DNA of 64,000 nucleotides. It comes from Flaccisagitta enflata (taxonomy: Eukaryota). The notes below the pieces were generated by a model. The model did no database searches and was not told the origin of the DNA. It saw nothing but the letters and a program-made list of their open reading frames with translations. Shown in pieces: positions 58,884-64,000 of this stretch; the stretch's first letter is position 1; the number at the start of each line of letters is the position of its first letter. The stretch is from contig OZ231126.1 of the NCBI GenBank assembly GCA_965153355.1, positions 6,820,001-6,884,000 of the forward strand. The letters are read 5' to 3'. Both the position numbers and the translations under genes were made by a program.

Positions 58884-59484
58884 AATTTTTTTTTTTTTAC
58901 CTTTCCGTTCATCAACATCTGTCAAGCAAGACCAAACTGAACTCTGCAGCTTAATCTTTTGGAAGGACAAGAAGGTGAAATTTCATTCAAAATTGTGATA
59001 TCCCTTATCATCTTTAAGCTAAACTCGAAGTTATTTTGCTACATTGGAGACGACTTTTGCAAGTTGTTTGGTGCTCTACAGAGGTAATGGAACACCCACG
59101 CAACACTGGTAAAGGATCCGTCACTTACATGAAGTTCCAACCAAGCTCGCAAATTCGAAGGGCTTCACTAATGTTACCAATTTTTCTTTGGTTTGAAGAG
59201 TCTCTTTGGAGCTTTAAGTCTAAATGTAGCAAAGAAGAGAGATCAAGAAAATGGCGACAGCAGTCTGGAAGGCCATCACCCCAGAATAGCTTGAAAAGCT
59301 CTACTAATTGCTTCCCCAACAATCGGAGGTCGTCATTCAGTCAAACTGAAAATTGATGGCCCTATGATCGATTTGTATCCATTTTCAAATCAATAAATAA
59401 ACTCATTTTGAAAGAGTAAAGATTTTTTTGGTGAAGATAGTACTACTTAGACACTAGACAAAGCAACGGATGTCATATTACAAA

Positions 59485-59725
59485 CATGTTCCTGGCATCA
59501 TTTTTCTATGCAGATCTATGTCTGCTCGCGCCATCTCGATCTGCACTTCAATGAATGATTCAGACTCGGGCTAATTACTGCAAAACTAATGGTCTTTCAT
59601 TTAATCCAAACATATCTAAGATAATGATCTTTTCTAAAACATCAATTGATTTTGACTTGATTGCGCCTATCTATTTGAATGGTTTGGCAATTGATTGCAC
59701 TGAAAAGATCAAGTATCTTGGTACC
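59485..59725 (+). pseudogene. Degenerate non-LTR retrotransposon reverse-transcriptase fragment
   Basis: FLASFFYAD-LCLLAPSRSALQ*MIQTRANYCKTNGLSFNPNISKIMIFSK...YLNGLAIDCTEKIKYLG: YAD(D), GLxFN and KYLG motifs of LINE RT, with a stop codon and the second Asp lost. Confidence 0.8.
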
Positions 59726-60654
59726 ACAAGTTTAAATCAGGATTGTCTTTTTAGAATCTTAAATCAGGATTGTCTTTTGGGCAGCGGCCCTGAAGGGGAC
59801 GAAGTCCTGTAGAACACAGGGGGAATCTGTCCATCCTTCTGTACATCCGTACGTACGTCCGTCCCCCCTGCCTCAGCATCAGGGCTTCGTCTTCTTTGGG
59901 GCAATATTGCCCAAATCTAAGCAAAATGGCTCAAATTTAAGCATAGTGGCCCTAATCTTTCCAGAAATCCCCAGTTTTGGCCAGTTTTGGCCCCTTAGAC
60001 CTATAGTGTGGCCTCTTAAACCGAGATTCTGACCGGATTTACGCCATTTTGCTTGGATTTGGGCCATTATGCTTGGATTTGAGCCATTTTGCTTAGATTT
60101 GGGCCATATTGCTTGGATTTGAGCTGTTTGGCAGAATTTAGGTCAGAATAGGCCCCAAAGGAGATGAAGCCCTGAGGATGAGGCTGGGGGGAATGGAACG
60201 GATGGACGGGGACGGATGGACAGATTCCCCCTGTGTTCTACAGGACTTCGTCCCCTTTGGGGCCGCTGCCCTGCTCCCCCTTAACTTAAGTCACACACTA
60301 CTCAAGCAGGGCACGGGTATAGCTGACCACTTACTGCCTTTGGGCTGCTATTTAGTCTTTTTACTCTACACCCCGCTATATCGGTTGGTTGGATGGTCGG
60401 ACTGTTGGTCGGTCGGTTGGTTGGTCGGATGGTCCCCTTTTCACTTTTCGGCGTTTTTGAGTTTTTTGAGCGTACGGCTCCTGCCCAGATGTCATAGAAA
60501 CCTTCTCCAGCACTGCTCCTGCCCACCCACACGCGACTAGGGTAGCCCTGTATCCGGCCTTGTTCTGCAGCACCAGAATTACTTTCATTTTACCGATCGG
60601 TTAATTTGATTCTAAATATCATTAACAATCCCGATGAAGTCACACAAATGCACT

Positions 60655-60832
60655 TACAGTTAGGCTTCACTAGAGCGCATTTCAGGGGACTGGGCTAAAT
60701 TATGCCTTATAGTGAAGCTGCCTTATATCCAATATAAAAATAACTATAAGATTTCTCATGGGACTCTCATTTGAATGCCTTATAGGCGGGCATGCCTTAT
60801 TAGCGGGTGCGCTCTAGTGAAGCTCCACTGTA
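60655..60832. mobile_element. Small TA-flanked MITE
   Basis: tacagttaggcttcactagagcgca ... gcgctctagtgaagctccactgta; related piece at 38850-38955. Confidence 0.7.
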
Positions 60833-62274
60833 CTTATCTCAGTCTTATCTCATGCATGTGCAATTATAATCTTGGAAAAAAGTATACCGACACCTAGGCA
60901 ATTCATTGATTAATTCACTAGGCATTGACCAAAACCTCATACTGAAAGTGCAAGGGGGTGATATGATGTCTTTACCCTACTGATGATTTGAGTTTTCCGT
61001 ATTTCAAGCACTCTATATAGTTTTTTTTATTTTGTAAAGGATGATTTTGTTTCACACTTTAACTGATTTTGCTAAACAAATCATTCTGGATATAGGTTTA
61101 TTGTTTTACTTGTAACTTCTAAACGATTAAAGCTACAGAGACCAGATTGCGCTCATCTTAAAGATTTTTCGATGGTGTTTAATTCGCCTTTTTTACAAAA
61201 GTGTCTAGCTTTTTTAGAAGCCAAGATATCCTTATTTGAAAATGTCATTAGAAAAAAAACTTTTTCATGCTTGATTTTTTCTGCATTTTCAAAATTGAAT
61301 GTTTTCATTCTTTTGCTTGCCATTTCTATAAAGCTAAAGCTACAAGAACCAGATTGTATTCATTTGAAGATAATTTGATGAAGTTTAATTTCTTTTTTTG
61401 AAAAAGTTTCTAGCTATGTTAGAAGCGGAGATATTTTATGTTGAAGGTGTCGGTATACTTATTCCCAAGGTAGTAAAAGTTTTCAGCGCGCGAGATGTTG
61501 GACTGCAACACTGCAGTGAACGACGCCATACGGAAAAAATTTTCTTTTTCATTAATGGGAAAGCGTCCTTGATCTGAGAAGCTATTTTGACTACAAATCT
61601 CTTACAGATACAGTGGGGTTCGTGGAATAACAGCCAAAACTGGATGAAGGTATTTAAATGTCTCAATTTCATTTTACAAACTTGATATTTGAAAAATAAG
61701 TTGTTCAGTTGATGCTTGGCCACAAATCTCCTACAGATATGTTTTCTATTGCCAAACCTAAGTTTGAAAATGTACTTTTCTTTCATGCAAATCCGGTCCT
61801 TTTATCTTTACAACGATTTATCTTAGCCTTTCGTGAACAATCGGAGCACTAAAAACTCTATCAAATTCTCTCTACACTGCTATTCATAGTTTTTTATAGA
61901 CGCGTGCTACGCGACTCTATGACCCGCTATGTCGGTCCGTTGGTCGACCGGTCCATTGGTTGGTCTCCATTAGCTCTTTTGGCGTTTAGGGCGGTTTTTG
62001 CGTTGCTGCTCTTGCCCAATCACTTAAATAGCCTTTTTGGGCAGCGGCCCCAAAGGGGACGAAGTCCTGTAGAACACAGGGGGACTTTTGTTCGTCCGTC
62101 CGTCTGTCCTTCCGTTCATCCCCCCAGGCCCTCTCAGGTCTATAGTCTGCCCTCTCAGGCCTGAAATTTGCCCTCTCAGGCCCTGGAATCTGTCCTCTCG
62201 GGCCTTGAATCTGCCACCATAGGCATTGAATCTGCTCTCTCAGGCCTGACATCTGCCCACTCAAATTCAAGGCC

Positions 62275-62528
<254 letters not shown>

Positions 62529-63152
62529 TTTGACAAAGTATTTGATTATGGAAATTACGTATCGAATGTCAAAAAAAAACTTTTATTAAAAAGCAATGGT
62601 CATTACATTTTGACGTTGACATCAGTAACAGAAACGATAAAATAATTCTCAAAAAAACACGAACATGTGCGAATGTCTTTATATGAGACTCTTTTAAACC
62701 CACAATTTTCTTTTCTCTGTGCAGTCGTCGCTTTTGCCATGAGCTGTATCAAACACGAAATACCACGCGTATAATAAGAAAAGACGCAGTTTTGAATGGC
62801 TAATTATGGCATCAAGTTTCCAGAAGTTTTTTTTTTTCTTTTTTTTTTTTTTTATTAGACTGTTGGAAAACCTTTTGAAAATACTTCAATCTAGTGTTTT
62901 CATTTTTGTTTAGAAATAACATTAGTTTGAAAAATAAGGATGCTGTTTAAAGGCTCTAGCTTCTTACCCGATTGAGATCAGACCTGGGATTGGTCTAGAA
63001 TGAAAGGTTTTTTTTTTAGATTTTTTTAAATAATCCAAGTGAAAAGAGTATAGATTATTTTTTGTATCTTTTTTGTCAACAAATAAACGGCACGTCTTTT
63101 TTTTTTTTACTCGCGTAGTAATTATTTCTCCGTTTTAAGCGCAGTTGTTGTT

Positions 63153-63300
<148 letters not shown>

Positions 63301-63325
<25 letters not shown>

Positions 63326-64000
63326 CTGTCAAAGGGAAATGACAACAAGTAAGTTAGTGAGTTGTGGGGGCATGAGGCGGGATTGAACCAAAGACCAGCT
63401 GTCAAAGGGAAATGACAACAAGTAAGGTTACTGAGTTGTGGGGGCATGAGGCGGGGTTGAACCAAAGACCGGCTGTCAAAGGGAAATGACAACAAGTAAG
63501 GTTACTGAGTTGTGGGGGCATGAGGCGGGATTGAACCAAAGACCAGGTGTCAAAGGGAAATGACAACAAGTAAGGTTAGTGAGTTGTGGGGGCATGAGGC
63601 GGGGTTGAACCAAAGACCAGCTGTCAAAGGGAGATGACAACAAGTTAGGTTAGTGAGTTGTGGGGGCATGAGGCTGGGTTGAACCAAAGACCAGCTGTCA
63701 AAGGGAAATGACAACAAGTAAGGTTAGTGAGTTATGGGGGCATGAGGCGGGGTTGAACCAAAGACCAGCTGTCAAAGGGAAATGACAACAAGTAAGGTTA
63801 GTGAGTTGTGGGGGCATGAGGCAGGGTTGAACCAAAGACCAGCTGTCAAACAAAATGACAACAAGTAAGGTTAGTGAGTTGTGGGGGTATGAGGCGGGGT
63901 TGAACCAAAGACCAGGTGTCAAAGGGAAATGACAACAAGTAAGGTTAGTGAGTTGTGGGGGCATGAGGCGGGGTTGAACCAAAGACCAGGTGTCAAAGGG
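63301..64000. repeat. Paralogous 74-bp acceptor-junction minisatellite (runs off the window edge)
   Basis: Same unit as 33845-34705; at least 9 copies. Confidence 0.95.

Overview
Repeat-rich animal (eukaryotic, spliced-gene) genomic DNA; the taxon cannot be assigned from sequence alone. Nearly all ORFs in the supplied track are microsatellite or minisatellite artefacts. Manual exon reconstruction on the minus strand gives three genes. (1) A 10-coding-exon GH18 chitinase (52548..33796) with signal peptide and intact [11 protein letters not shown] catalytic motif; it has a 1-nt phase conflict at the first coding intron and a CBM14 chitin-binding domain that appears internally deleted behind two in-frame TGAs. 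(2) The terminal CBM14 exon of a tandem paralog at 63252-63325, lying in a duplicated block. (3) A 5-exon, ~1159-aa putative secreted, highly repetitive low-complexity protein (14252..433) with no recognisable domain. The most unusual signal is that several minisatellite arrays are tandem amplifications of the genes' own exon-intron junctions, creating arrays of decoy or alternative splice acceptors and donors. The rest is Helentron-like non-autonomous elements (two families carrying internal tandem repeats), TIR/foldback MITEs (often nested), a LINE RT remnant and very long microsatellites.
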